A stretch of DNA of 64,000 nt from Octopus sinensis (GCF_006345805.1 NC_043008.1:14384001-14448000); one strand, 5' to 3'; positions 1-12,457 are shown, counted from the stretch's first letter. The notes: generated by a model not told the origin, from the letters alone. A program made the numbers and translations.

Positions 1-1763
1 TCGCGGTTTAATGAAAATAACAATAAATCAATCAATAAATTCCTTTTTATAGATTTTGCCCAGAATAAAAGGTACTTGCCAATGGCCATCCCATGCTCAC
101 CCAAACCAATGAGATCGACTTGGTATTAACATGGTTTTAATGTTCTTTTCCAACAAGTGCGAGGGATAACGAGTACAACAAGTATCTTAGAAACTGAAGG
201 AATTCAGTCATTTATATATATATATATATACATATGTATTTGTGGTGTATATGTACATATATTTATCATAAGGGCACACGAAGCACCTACCTGCTAGTAT
301 GTGGAGTAAAAAAAACACTCAATCACCAACGACACTGAACATTTCAACCGATAACAACAGTACTCGGGCAAACGAGAAAAAAAGTTTTTGACATATCATC
401 ACAGCTTAATGCTATATAGGTTGGTATTAAGCGGTCGTAGGGAAAAACACACGGACAGAGAGAATTCAAAATGTATGATATTTAGGCTATAAAGAAGTTA
501 TTAATGCGGGCTGGAATCGCAATATCATTGCAGTATAGTGTAAAGAACATTGGTTCGTGTTGGTGTGGCTGCTGCTATTGTTATTGTCGCTGTGTAGCCC
601 CAAGAAATCTATGGTCATACAGATGTATACCACTTAAGAAGTTGATAAAACAACTCTTTTACTTGTTTCAGTCATTTAACTGCGGCCATGCTGGAGAACC
701 GCCTTTAGTCGAGCAAATCGACCCCAGGACTTATTCTTTGTAAGCCTAGTACTTTTTCTATCGGTATCTTTTGCCTAACCGCTAAGTTACTGGGGCGTAA
801 ACCTATAATCATAGGTGTTCTATCCGTGACTATCTTTTTTTCTTGACTGCTTTTATTCAAACATAGACCCTAAAAACTTCAGGCCTTGCACCTTTAGCAC
901 ACCGGACGAAATGCATAGCGATATTTCGTCTGTCTCTACGTTCTGAGTTCAAATTCTACCGAGGTCGACTTTGCCTTTCATCCATTCGGGGACGATAAAT
1001 TAAGTATCAGTGATGCACTTGGGTCGATGTATTCGACTAGCCCCTTCCCCCAATTTCAGGCCTTTCGCCTATAGTAGAAAGGATAAAAAGGAAGTGTTTA
1101 TTAATTGACATGAGTATTCCTTGCGATCACAATATAGCGGCGAATTAATGAATTAACAATATAGCGGCGAATATATGAATTAACAATATAGCGGCGAATA
1201 TATGAATTAACAATTGAGGATAAAATCTTTAAAAGAAATTATCAGTAGTCAGCGTGAAAAACCTCGTAAGAGAAAAAATCCGTAAATTCTTCCTCTTTGA
1301 AAATATTCATTTATATTATAATGAGGGTACTACTATTAGTAGATACCAACACGCTAACAGGGACCAATGCGGTCAAAACTACTAAAAATAAACAAAATAT
1401 TACCGAATGCAAAACTTCAAAACACATCATTTTAAAAAAGAATTCAGTTATATCACGGTAACAAATTGCCTAGTCGGAATAAAAATTCAGTATTGAACTA
1501 TTCCGGTGAAAAATATAAATTAACAATTGAGGATAAAATCTTTAAAATAAATTATCAGTAGTCATTAATTTATATTTTTCACCGGAATAGTTCAATACTG
1601 AATTTTTATTCCGACTAGGCAATTTCTTTTACCGAAATGCATTGCGAAAAAGCCCGCCATTTTCATAGATATGTAAGGATAAACATTCGTACATGCTACG
1701 ACGAATTCTACGGTTGGCTATCGAGTTTGTAATGTTATGTTTTTTCTTATATCTCTTGAGTTT

Positions 1764-1827
1764 GTTGCACTGATGAACATGAAATGCATATTCTGCATTA
1801 AATGCGAAATCACATGCGATATGTAAC
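1764..1827 (+). ncRNA. Type I hammerhead ribozyme motif (slightly degenerate)
   Basis: Stem I GTTGCA/TGTAAC; core CTGATGA 1770-1776; stem II ACATGAAATGCA-tattc-TGCATTAAATGC (A.C instead of G-C at its base); GAAA 1806-1809; loopless near-palindromic stem III ATCACA|TGCGAT; predicted cleavage after A1821. Confidence 0.75.
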
Positions 1828-1945
1828 TGAATATTTTAAAATGATGTGTTTTGAAGTTTTGCATTCGGTAATATTTTGTTTATTTTTAGTAGTTTTGACC
1901 GCATTGGTCCCTCTTAGCGTGTTGGTATCTACTAATAGTAGTGGT

Positions 1946-2270
1946 GGTGACCCCCTTCGGTCAGACACTGACCACGGGTTTGCACCTAGAGAGTTACCCT
2001 CTGAGGCACAAGTCTGGGCAAGGTTGTTTTATGGAAGACCAGCAGTCGCCCATGCATACCGGCCTCCCCTCTCCACGTCACCGATGTTGTCCAAGGGAAA
2101 GGCGAGGGCCGATACAGCTTGGCACCTGTGACGTCGCAACTCATTTCTACAGTTGAGTGAACTGGAGCAACGTGAAATAAAGTGTCTTGCTCAAGAACAC
2201 ATCACGCAGCCCGGTCCGGGATTCGAGCTCACAACCTCACGATCGTAAGCTCGACGCTCTAGCCACTGAG
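1946..2270 (-). mobile_element. tRNA(Arg)-like SINE (OR1-like family)
   Basis: Minus strand reads CTCAGTGGCTAGAGCGTCGAGCTTACGATCGTGAGGTTGTGAGCTCGAATCCC (A/B boxes, ACG anticodon-like arm). Same family at 52631-52951 (+) and a 3' part at ~43525-43715 (-). Family name from memory, unverified. Confidence 0.8.
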
Positions 2271-2333
2271 TACCCTCATTATAATATAATATATATATAT
2301 ATATGTATATATATGTATATGTATATGTATGTA

Positions 2334-2370
<37 letters not shown>

Positions 2371-2371
<1 letters not shown>

Positions 2372-2770
2372 CAATAATAAATCTCTGAGCGAGATATAAA
2401 CAATGGCAGCATGACATCGTGAAGTATAATTTCCACCTAAATGTGGCTAACCCTTAAGGGTCGATGCTACTGTAGTTTATAGCCCCAGGAAACCATCTTC
2501 TCCAGCTGGCTAACGACACACTGTCTGTGCCCTATTAGTATATCCAAAGGGAAATCATCTTTCCATCTCTAGCCTGACGTAATGCACACTGACTCTGGAT
2601 TCTGAGTAGTAACCCGTCATCAGCACATGACAATCACTGGCTAGGAATGAGAAGTGATGTTTCCGATGCAAATATATGTGCTTTTTCCAGTGACAAAATG
2701 TCTTTGATCTAGAAAAAGGAGAAACAAGCAATAATAAATCTCTGAGCGGGATATAAACAGTAGAAGCATG
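2371..2770. mobile_element. ~314-bp unclassified insertion between 43-bp direct repeats
   Basis: GCAATAATAAATCTCTGAGCG(A/G)GATATAAACA...GCATG at 2371-2413 and 2728-2770. Confidence 0.45.
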
Positions 2771-3165
2771 GCAGTTTAAACTTGTATTTTTCAACACAAT
2801 CACATGCTTGATTGCCTTTAATGCACTTAATTGTTATAAATGTACTTTGACAAGATTTTCAGAACGAATATATTTACTTACACAGATGCACTGCATCCGA
2901 CTGCAGCTCACATTTACCTTGGCCTCTTATACTTATATCTCAGCTAGATTATAACACTGTGTCCCGTAACCCTTAGCACGGTTGTGTGGTTAAGTAACCA
3001 TTGAGCAGGCATCGATATATCGTAAAGAGGCTTGTTTTGCAACTACCTGGTCTCCGGTTCAGTCCCACCGCGTTACACCTTCGAATATGGCGTCCGGATG
3101 ACCAATGCTTTATGGGCAAATTTGGTAGACAGAAACTGTGGAAGTTCACCGCATATATATATGTA

Positions 3166-3520
3166 TGTAGATTTAGCCCACAAACAAACTGTAAAGCCAG
3201 AAATGTAGTCTATAGTATAAGATGTATAGAGGGACGATGCAGTAACAAGACAACGACATACGTAGGGGAAACGGCAAGAAGCATAGGAGAGCGGGTAAAT
3301 GAGCATTGGAGACAACTCAAAGAAGGTAAAAGCTCATCGATTCTGTACCAACACGCCGAACAAGAACACGGGGGATCAATCAATAACATAGAAATTAAAA
3401 TATTATCCACACATAGATGCAACAATTAGACAAATTACAGAAGCTACACACATAATAGAAAATAAACCTAGTCTGAATAGAAAACTAGAATGGAGCACTA
3501 ACACACACCACAACATATGA
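3166..3520 (+). pseudogene. Penelope-like element GIY-YIG endonuclease fragment
   Basis: NCKARNVVYSIRC..YVGETARSIGERVNEH..HAEQEH, then after a frameshift DATIRQITEATHIIENKPSLNRKLEW. This is the typical PLE GIY-YIG layout; 5' truncated next to a SINE fragment. Confidence 0.85.
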
Positions 3521-4116
3521 CGATAGAGGATCCTGAAAACATAATAAATACACAGATATAAACCTAATAGAAAGAATAACTATTATATATATATATATAT
3601 ATATTTCGATTCGATTTATTATTATTATTACTAGTATTGTTGTTATACATACATACATACATACATACATACATACATACATGCATACATACATACATAC
3701 AAGCATATGTAATGATAATAATAAGTGGATGTAAACACATGAACAAAATAAGAATAAACAAAAACAACAAAAACAAAATACAAATTACATGAACATTTAT
3801 AAACAGAAGATACAAATATTACAGGCATACACACACTAAATAAACATAGACGCACATAGAGATATAAGCATGCGCAAATGAAGACATACAATAGAAATAC
3901 AAAATGGCTGACGGTTAGTAAGGAGAGACACAAATAAGAAAGAAGAAAACAAAGGACCACTGATACGGTCACATGAGTGTGACGAAAGAACTCTGGCCGA
4001 AATAAGATTAAGATTAATGTAGAAAATAAATAACACTGAAGCAAAATAACACCAAATATATAGTGCGTGTGTTTTTATTGGCTAAACTGGCAAAATGACC
4101 ATTCCGAAATATAACA

Positions 4117-4148
<32 letters not shown>

Positions 4149-4276
4149 ACAATATATATATATATAATAAAAATATATTATATATATATATATATTGGTA
4201 AAAACGGTAAGATAACAAAAGAAAGAAAAAGACCTCAATATTATGTAAATAGAGGAAATTTATCTGTAAATGAGTA

Positions 4277-4412
4277 TGTGACAATTATTCGGTAGCCAAG
4301 ATAAAACTCTGAGTTTCGGATGTCGAGTTAGAAATCCACACACCATCTCTTCGTTTTTCTAACTCGGCATCCGAAACTCAGAGTTTTATCTTGGCTACCG
4401 AATAATTGTCAC

Positions 4413-4413
<1 letters not shown>
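4277..4413. mobile_element. Palindromic MITE-like element flanked by TA
   Basis: 60-bp arms 4275-4334 / 4356-4415 including the TA flanks, one T/G mismatch, 21-nt loop; termini TGTGAC...GTCACA. Confidence 0.7.
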
Positions 4414-4457
<44 letters not shown>

Positions 4458-4544
4458 AAGAGAGACAGAGAGACAGGCACGCGTATGCACTGTGTTACCA
4501 AAATGGAAAACTACAATTGTCACTAAATATGACTATGTGTGTCA

Positions 4545-4695
4545 GAGCACCTTGACCGGTGTTTTCGGGTCATTACAGTCCCTGTCAGTATAGATGTATA
4601 TAATTATATGCTTTAACTACAGCATTAGAGCTTTTAACTTTTATTTCTAGCAATGTAAGTGTTCTAACGCCCTAGTCACATTTAGTGACAATTAT
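4545..4695. repeat. Dispersed ~150-bp repeat, second copy at ~6130-6275
   Basis: Shared GACCGGT..ATTAC.GTCCCTGTCAGTATA..TTTAACTACA.CATTAGA..TATTTCTAGCAA..GTGTTCTA..AGTCACATT; partial reverse copy near 7540-7560. Confidence 0.6.
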
Positions 4696-4800
4696 AGTTT
4701 TCCCTTTTGGTGACACATTGCGCACGGCTTTCTATATTAATTCTTTGCATAGACATAAGCGATTCACTAAATCTTTCATAAATTTTGTGAATACCTATAA

Positions 4801-5598
4801 GCGCAGTCGTGGCTGTGTGCAGGCGTAGGCGTGGCTGTGTGCAGGCGTGACTGTGTGCAGGCGTGACTGAGTGCAGACGTGACTGTGTGCAGGCGTGACT
4901 GTGTGCAGGCGTGACTGTGTGCAGGCGTGGCTGTGTGCAGGCGTGACTGTGTGCAGGCGTGACTGTGTGCAGGCGTGGCTGTGTGCAGGCGTGACTGTGT
5001 GCAGGCGTGACTGAGTGCAGACGTGACTGTGTGCAGGCGTGACTGTGTGCAGGCGTGACTGTGTGCAGGCGTGGCTGTGTGCAGGCGTGACTGTGTGAAG
5101 GCGTGGCTGTGTGCAGGCGTGACTGTGTGCAGGCGTGACTGTGTGCAGGCGTGACTGAGTGCAGACGTGACTGTGTGCAGGCGTGACTGTGTGCAGGCGT
5201 GACTGTGTGCAGGCGTGACTGAGTGCAGACGTGACTGTGTGCAGGCGTGGCTGTGTGCAGGCGTGACTGTGTGCAGGCGTGACTGAGTGCAGTGACTGTG
5301 TGCAGGCGTGACTGTGTGCAGGCGTGACTGTGTGCAGGCGTGGCTGTGTGCAGGCGTGACTGTGTGAAGGCGTGGCTGTGTGCAGGCGTGACTGTGTGCA
5401 GGCGTGACTGTGTGCAGGCGTGACTGTGTGCAGGCGTGACTGTGTGCAGGCGTGACTGTGTGCAGGCGTAGGCGTGACTATGTGCAGGTGCAGGTGCAGG
5501 CGTGGCTGTGTGCAGGTTCAGGCGTGGCTGTGTGAAGGCGTAGGCGTGGCTGTGTGCAGGTGCAGGCGTGGCTGCGTAAGGTGCAGGCGTGGTTGTGC
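4801..5598 (+). repeat. 16-bp minisatellite (GCAGGCGTGACTGTGT)n derived from a SINE 5' end
   Basis: About 48-50 units with recurring variants; runs directly into the SINE body at ~5590; unit resembles the family head GCAGGAGTGGCTGTGT. Confidence 0.9.
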
Positions 5599-6020
5599 GA
5601 TAAGAAGCTTGCTTGCCAACCGCATGGTTCTGGTTTCAGTCCCAGTGCGTGCCACCTAGTGCAAGTGCCTTCTACTATAGCCTTGGGCCGACCATAGCCT
5701 TGTGAGTGGATTTAGTAAATGGAAACTGAAAGAATCCCGTCGTGTATATGTATATATATATATATATATTTGTGTGTGTATGTATGTATATGTATGTATA
5801 CATATATATGTTTGTGTGTCTGTGTTTGTCCCCTACCATCGCTTGACAACCGATGCTGGTGTGTTCACGTCCTCGTAACCTGGAGCTTTGGCAAAAGAGT
5901 CCGATAAAATAAGTACCAGGCTTACAAAGAATAAGTTCTGGAGTCGATTAGGTCGACTAAAGGCGGTGCTCCAGCATTGCCGCAGTAAAATGACTGCAAC
6001 AAGTAAAAGAGTAAAAGAGT
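5590..6020 (+). mobile_element. tRNA-derived SINE with internal (AT)n/(GT)n tract (OK-like family)
   Basis: GGTTC.GG.TTCAGTCCCA head, GAAACTGAAAGAA.CCCGTCG-microsatellite, 3' GGTGCTCCAGCAT.GCCGCAGT.AAATGACTG.AACAAGTAAAAGAGT tail. More than 15 full or partial copies in the window. Confidence 0.85.
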
Positions 6021-6074
6021 AACTGATAGAAGAAGTGATAGTGAATTAAGTCCGAAATCAGCCGAAACGAGCGG

Positions 6075-6126
6075 TCCTTACTGATGACGCAACGAAATAT
6101 CCGAAACTAACCGATGAATATAAGGA
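6075..6126 (+). ncRNA. Degenerate hammerhead-like motif
   Basis: Stem I TCCTTA/TAAGGA, CTGATGA 6081-6087 and GAAA present, but stems II and III do not pair cleanly. Confidence 0.35.
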
Positions 6127-6410
6127 ATTCTCGACCGGTCTTTGCAGCCGATTACGGTCCCTGTCAGTATATATGTACACACTTATGTGTTTTAACTACA
6201 ACATTAGAATATTTTAGCTCTTATTTCTAGCAAAGTAGGTGTTCTACCACGTTCAGTCACATTCACCAATAATTATATATAGATTTGTATCTGTCTGTCT
6301 GTCTGTCTGTGCGTGCGTGCGTGCGTGTGTGTATGTGTCCTACACGCCCACGTAGATGTCATTTTTGTGTTTATGTTTGATCCCACAGCAGCTTCGCAAC
6401 TGGTGATGGT

Positions 6411-6768
6411 ATACTCTTTTACTTGTTTCAGTCATTTGACTGTGGCCATGCTGGAGCACAGCCTTTAGTCGAGCAAATCGACCCCAAGTCTTATTCTTTG
6501 TAAGCCCAGTACTCATTCAATCGGTCCTTTTTGCCGAACCGCTAACTTACGGAGACGTAAACACACCAGCATCGGTTGTCAAGCGATGTTGGGGAGACAA
6601 ACATATATATAAATACATATATACGACGGGCTTCTTTTCGGTTTCCGTCTACCAAATCCACTCACAAGGCTTTGATCAGTTCGAGACTATAGTAGAAGAC
6701 ACTTGCCCATGTTGCGACACAGTGGGACTGAAACCGGAACCATGTGGTTGGTAAGCAAGCTACTTACT
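6411..6768 (-). mobile_element. OK-like SINE, near full length
   Basis: Reverse complement of the 5590 family. Confidence 0.85.
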
Positions 6769-7074
6769 ATATAGCCTGCCCCTGTAACCTATCGGTTCGA
6801 CAAACGAGTCCGATAGAACAGGTTCCAGACTTATACAAGAAACAAGTACTGAGGTCGATTTGTTCGATTAAACTCTATAACGGGATACCGCACCATGGCC
6901 GCAGTCCAGTGACCGAAACAAGATAAATGACGTCTACATGCCCAGGAAGCAATGATCAACTTTGCCAACGATTGATGTAAATTTTCCTGAGTTCACTTTT
7001 GTATACGACTCGAAATCATTTTCAGCAAGAGCCCAAGAGCTCTCCGCCTTAGGGAAGGCGAAGGTAATAATAAT

Positions 7075-7435
7075 AAGAGCACTCAGAGAGCGCAAACATC
7101 CGCCAAGGCAACACCAATGTCCTCCCAACGATTAGCCGGAGAGGATTTTTAAAATGAGAATATCTGAAATAAACTTGACTGCTCTCAGAAACGAAAATAC
7201 TAAAAATGAACGCGATCACTCTCAAAAGTTAAGTAAAATACAAGAAAATAATCCAGAATCTTTGTCCAGGACCGGATCGATTCCAAAATCTAATCGGTTC
7301 GTGCCAGTCACGAGGCCAAACATCCCTGAAAGTTTTATCTGAATCCATCGAGCGGTTCTTGAGATATCTTGTCCACGGACAAACAAACTAACCCGATTGA
7401 AAACAATACCTCCGCAATAGCGAAGGCGGAAGTGA
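7075..7435 (-). mobile_element. Non-autonomous Helentron/HINE-type element
   Basis: CCTCCGC..GGCGGA hairpin at one end; GGCGGA.GT plus GCGCTCTCTGAGTGC stem-loop and T-rich end at the other. Second copy in the opposite orientation at 29420-29799. Confidence 0.6.
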
Positions 7436-7799
7436 TGATGATGATGATGATAATAATATAAACAAGTTTCGTGTACCACACATTCATACACACACATACA
7501 CACCTTAAATTGATTTATTTGTAATCTCGCACATGCCTACAGACATACTGACAGGGATAGCATGAAAGTCAAACGCTTCTAAATTCTTAGTCAAATCCAC
7601 CAACACATTTTGTACATAGAACTGGTTAAACGTTCTTTGATTAATGGTGAGTTGAACCAGTACTAATTATTGTTTGTGATATACCGCTCGAAGAAAAAGA
7701 AAAAAGACGAAAAGAAAATTTCCAGAAACGTTTAACACACAAACAAAAGAAGAAAAACAAAAGAAAGAAATACACATTCACACGCACGCAATGTACACA

Positions 7800-7924
7800 T
7801 GCATGCATGCATATATATATATATATATTATATATATATCTATATAGATAATAGAGAGAGAGAGATAGATACATACATACAGATATATATATAGATAAGA
7901 TATATATTTATATGTATATATATG

Positions 7925-7989
<65 letters not shown>

Positions 7990-8480
7990 GTATGTATGTA
8001 TTTATATATACATATATATACAAACATATATATATATATAGTATTATATATATAATAGAGATATATAATTATATGTATATATATGTATATATATATCTAT
8101 ATGTATGTATGTATTTATATACATATATATACAAACATATATATTATATAGTATGTATACGTTCATAGAGAGAGGAAGAGGGGGATAGAAGAATGAACTG
8201 AAAGACAGATATATATGTATATATATATATATATATTATATACATATATATGTGTGTGCATGTATATATATATGTATGTATATATATATGTATATAGTAG
8301 AGAGAGACAGACAGAAGAATGAAAGACTGATATATATGCATGTATATATATACATATATATATATGTAATCACCCATATGCATATGTACATATATATTTA
8401 TATATATGCATAAATATATATATATATTCGTGTGCATGTGCGTGTGTGTATGTACGTGTATATGTGCGTGTGTGTGCGTG
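7800..8480. repeat. Compound (AT)n/(AG)n/(GT)n microsatellite region
   Basis: Direct reading; internal ~45-bp duplications near 7990 and 8100. Confidence 0.9.
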
Positions 8481-8899
8481 TGTGTGTGTATGACAGTAAT
8501 TGTTTTCATCGTATTTATATTTAATCGGAGCATTACATAATTAATTTTCATTTAATTATTCAAAATGCATTTGTCACGATTCCTTAAAGAGAGTGTGAAA
8601 AACAAAACGCACATACCTTTTCTCTCTACCTCTACCCTCTCTCTCTCGCTTCTCTCTCTCTTTCTGTCCTTCTCTGTGTCTCTCTCTCTCTACTAAACAC
8701 ACACACACACACACACACACACAGACTCGTGTACAATCAGCCACACACATATTTACACGCACGAAAAATAAAAATCTGTTTTGTATCATCTATAAATGGA
8801 AACTGGATTATGGGAGCTGTTTAAATTTAAATTGTACTAGCAGATACAAGAAAAGAAATAACAAAACAAATATACAATAACTACAACAACAGCAACAAC

Positions 8900-8938
<39 letters not shown>

Positions 8939-8960
8939 TAAAATAATATAATAATAATAA

Positions 8961-8993
<33 letters not shown>

Positions 8994-9496
8994 AAAAGCC
9001 AGTAATATTTACACAATAAACTTCTGAAAGCAAATAAAGGATATAACTTTAAACATGTATTATTAAACGGCTTCAATTGATTAAATTTTTACAACAGCCT
9101 CACATCGTCTGCGACAATTTGATTAAAACATGCTTAATATCTGGAATGTTGGTCTTGAACTAATTATGTCGAAATATTGGCAAAGGTAACTTGATTTACA
9201 ATAGCTGTAATCTATTTAAACCGATTCAAATTGATTTGGTTACCAAATAAAAAAAATAATAATAAAAATAAAAATAAAAGTACTTTCTAAAAAAAAATAT
9301 TAAATATATATATATATATTTACGTTTTTACTGCTGTGTTTTCACGGTGTATTTTTATTGTTCAATTTTGAAAATAACATATACTAAGGAACCGAATATG
9401 GAGATTAAACCAATTGTGAAGTAGCGGAAAATATTGAAAAACATCTAATTTTATCTAATGTTTTTAGGTAACATTTCTTCTTCATCCTAATTCTTA

Positions 9497-9513
9497 CTAT
9501 TATTATTATTATC

Positions 9514-9594
<81 letters not shown>

Positions 9595-9655
9595 ATTATT
9601 ATTGTTGTTTTAATTGTTGTTGTTGTTGATGTTGTTGTTATTTTAAGCAAGACTT
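9497..9655. repeat. (ATT)n/(GTT)n microsatellite
   Basis: Direct reading. Confidence 0.95.
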
Positions 9656-9815
9656 TTGTAATATTTGTAAAGTTGTAAAATTGTTTTTCAAGTATCGCCT
9701 TATAGTGTCAAAACAGATTAAATTCACGCGTACGTATATGCATATATATATACATATATATACATATATATGTACATATATGCACATGAACACACACACA
9801 CAATATATATATATA

Positions 9816-9922
<107 letters not shown>

Positions 9923-9985
9923 TTATATATATGTGTGTGTAGATATGTATTATGAATATATTTATAGACACGGAGAGAGAGTACA

Positions 9986-10020
<35 letters not shown>

Positions 10021-10364
10021 CATATGTATATATATATATGTGTCTGTTTGTGAGTGTCTATAGGCACATAATATGTACATACTTGAATATTCCATACATA
10101 CATACATACATACATGCAAGCACATACAAATATTACGTAAAGGCGTGCCTGTGTATGTGTGCTTATGAACTCATGCGTTCATGTGTATGTGTGTAGGCGT
10201 TTGTATGCTAGTATATGTGTGCTTGTGTGTGTGTGTGTGTGCAAATGTGTATGTGGAGCCAGTATAGAGCAAGATCTATGGATATACCAACACAAGTGTA
10301 CACGCTTTTCTACACATACAGTCATACTTATGATATACATATACGTACATATATATGGAAAGCG

Positions 10365-10377
10365 TAGATAGGCAAAT

Positions 10378-10408
<31 letters not shown>

Positions 10409-10468
10409 TGGAGAGAGATAGATAGATAGAGAGAGAGAGAGAGGGAGAGAGAGAGATAGAGAGATAGG

Positions 10469-10519
<51 letters not shown>

Positions 10520-10608
10520 ATTACTGACAGACAGATAGGTAGGATAACAGATAGATAGATAGTTAGACAGACAGACAGGTAGACAGACATACAGACAGAC
10601 AGACATAC

Positions 10609-10650
<42 letters not shown>

Positions 10651-10651
10651 T

Positions 10652-10706
<55 letters not shown>

Positions 10707-10760
10707 GTATGTAGTAGGTAGGTAGGTAGGTAGATAGACAGACGACAGATAGATATAGTA
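10365..10760. repeat. (GATA)n/(GA)n/(GACA)n microsatellite
   Basis: Direct reading; similar (GATA)n tracts at ~40628-40840 and ~53675-53750. Confidence 0.95.
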
Positions 10761-10774
10761 TTTATTTATATTAT

Positions 10775-10813
<39 letters not shown>

Positions 10814-10843
10814 CACATACATATAGTTTGGTTATATTTTATA

Positions 10844-10886
<43 letters not shown>

Positions 10887-11625
10887 ATATATGTTGTCTT
10901 ACCATTTCTATCAATATATATGTATGTAATATATATACCATTTTATGTACGTATGTATGTATGTATGCATGTATCTACGTTGATGTGGTTGTATGCGTTA
11001 ATCTTTTTTCACACAACATAGGGACACATTCATACGCACAACGTCTCACACACACATTTATACACATGAACGGGTGAGAGAGAGAGAGAAAAGGAAAGAA
11101 AGAAAGCGGTAGAGAGTGAACGAGAAAGAGTTAGACGTGGGATGGTAAAAGAGAGATAAAAACCAATGACAATTCATATTTGAAGAGAAAATATCTCAGA
11201 AATTTGATTCAATGCTTATTTCTATTCATATATATATATATGTGTTTGTGTGAACATAGATAAGTGACTACATATGCGTAAAGCTCTACGTTTGTAAATG
11301 TGTTTCTGTATGTATGTATGTGCGGAGGGGTACTTGTTTGTTTTATTCACTGAGTGTTTCAAACAGAGTAATAAGGTGTATAAAAATCTTTGAGTACACA
11401 TGCAACACATTCAATTATGCAATATCAATGTGCAAGATGAAGTCATGGAAATAAAAAACCAACTTGAAGTAAATAACATATTATAAGAACATATAGAATA
11501 TCTACAATATTTCATTATAAACTAGACAAAGTGAGGGAAATAATAGAACGTATTATATGTATGATATAACGTGTGAGATATCATTAATACTGATAAATAG
11601 TATAAATATAATAGTCCATAAGCTG

Positions 11626-11725
11626 TTCAGATTTGATATAACGATATCGGAACGTGCACAATGGACTAGCTCTTTAGCTCATTCGTAATATGTGGGTGTA
11701 TATATTTATGTGTATGTATATATGT

Positions 11726-11822
<97 letters not shown>

Positions 11823-11944
11823 CACACACACATAATAAAATATCATAAATGTATGCACACACACCATAAATACACCCACGCATTACGAATAAGCTAGAGA
11901 GCCAGTCCATTGTTCACGTTTCGATATCTTTTATCAAATCTGAA
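11626..11944. mobile_element. Imperfect ~75-85-bp inverted repeats enclosing an (AT)n tract (MITE-like)
   Basis: TTCAGATTTGATA..GATATCG.AACGTG.ACAATGGACT.GCTCT.TAGCT.ATTCGTAAT at 11626 and reverse-complemented ending at 11944. Confidence 0.6.
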
Positions 11945-11990
11945 TGTGTATTATATATATACATACATACATACATATATATGTATGTGT

Positions 11991-12064
<74 letters not shown>

Positions 12065-12115
12065 ATATGTGTATATATGTATATTATAATAATAATAATA
12101 ATAATGATAATAATA

Positions 12116-12457
12116 GGTGCCCTTTGTTATAGGTGCCCTGTGAATGATAGCAAAAGGGGCTGATTGCTACTTAACTCAGACACCAGGAAACCCAAAAATG
12201 GCTAAAATTCAGAAGAAAGTGCTCATGGGAACTGCTCATATCCTACGCAAAATACTTTCTATGTAATCTCAAGTTTTAAAACAAACATAATTTTCTTATG
12301 GTTTTTTTTAGACATTCACTAGTAAAACACTATGAACAAAATCAAATATATGGCACCCTAGGCATAACACCAACATGAACTTCCAATTTGTTGTCTCTTG
12401 ATGTCTCTGGGTGAAATTTGGAGCCAACTTGTACAAATGTAAAGCAAAAGTCAAACA
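12116..12457 (+). mobile_element. 5'-truncated 3' end of an RLE-type (R4/Dong-like) non-LTR retrotransposon inside (AAT)n
   Basis: IGAL*MIAKGADCYLTQTPGNPKMAKIQKKVLMGTAHILRKILSM* (stop 12264-12266) fits the IGALG..IQK..L.GTAHILRK terminus of restriction-like-endonuclease elements; ~190-bp 3' UTR; (AAT)n on both sides. Confidence 0.75.

Larger units (their letters stand above)
1205..2289. mobile_element. Foldback of a ~500-nt hammerhead-bearing unit (Penelope pseudo-LTR / retrozyme-like)
   Basis: 1311-1523 is the reverse complement of 1565-1634 + 1818-1942 + 2270-2289 (right arm has ~183 extra bp and a SINE insertion). 47-bp direct repeat at 1205-1251 and 1518-1564. Three 27-bp tandem copies at ~1128-1210. 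Hammerhead motif at 1764-1827. Confidence 0.65.

Noticed and set aside
4801-5598. CRISPR-like appearance of this array (also 45755-46230 and 54066-54204)
   Set aside because: No unique spacers, no cas genes, eukaryotic context.
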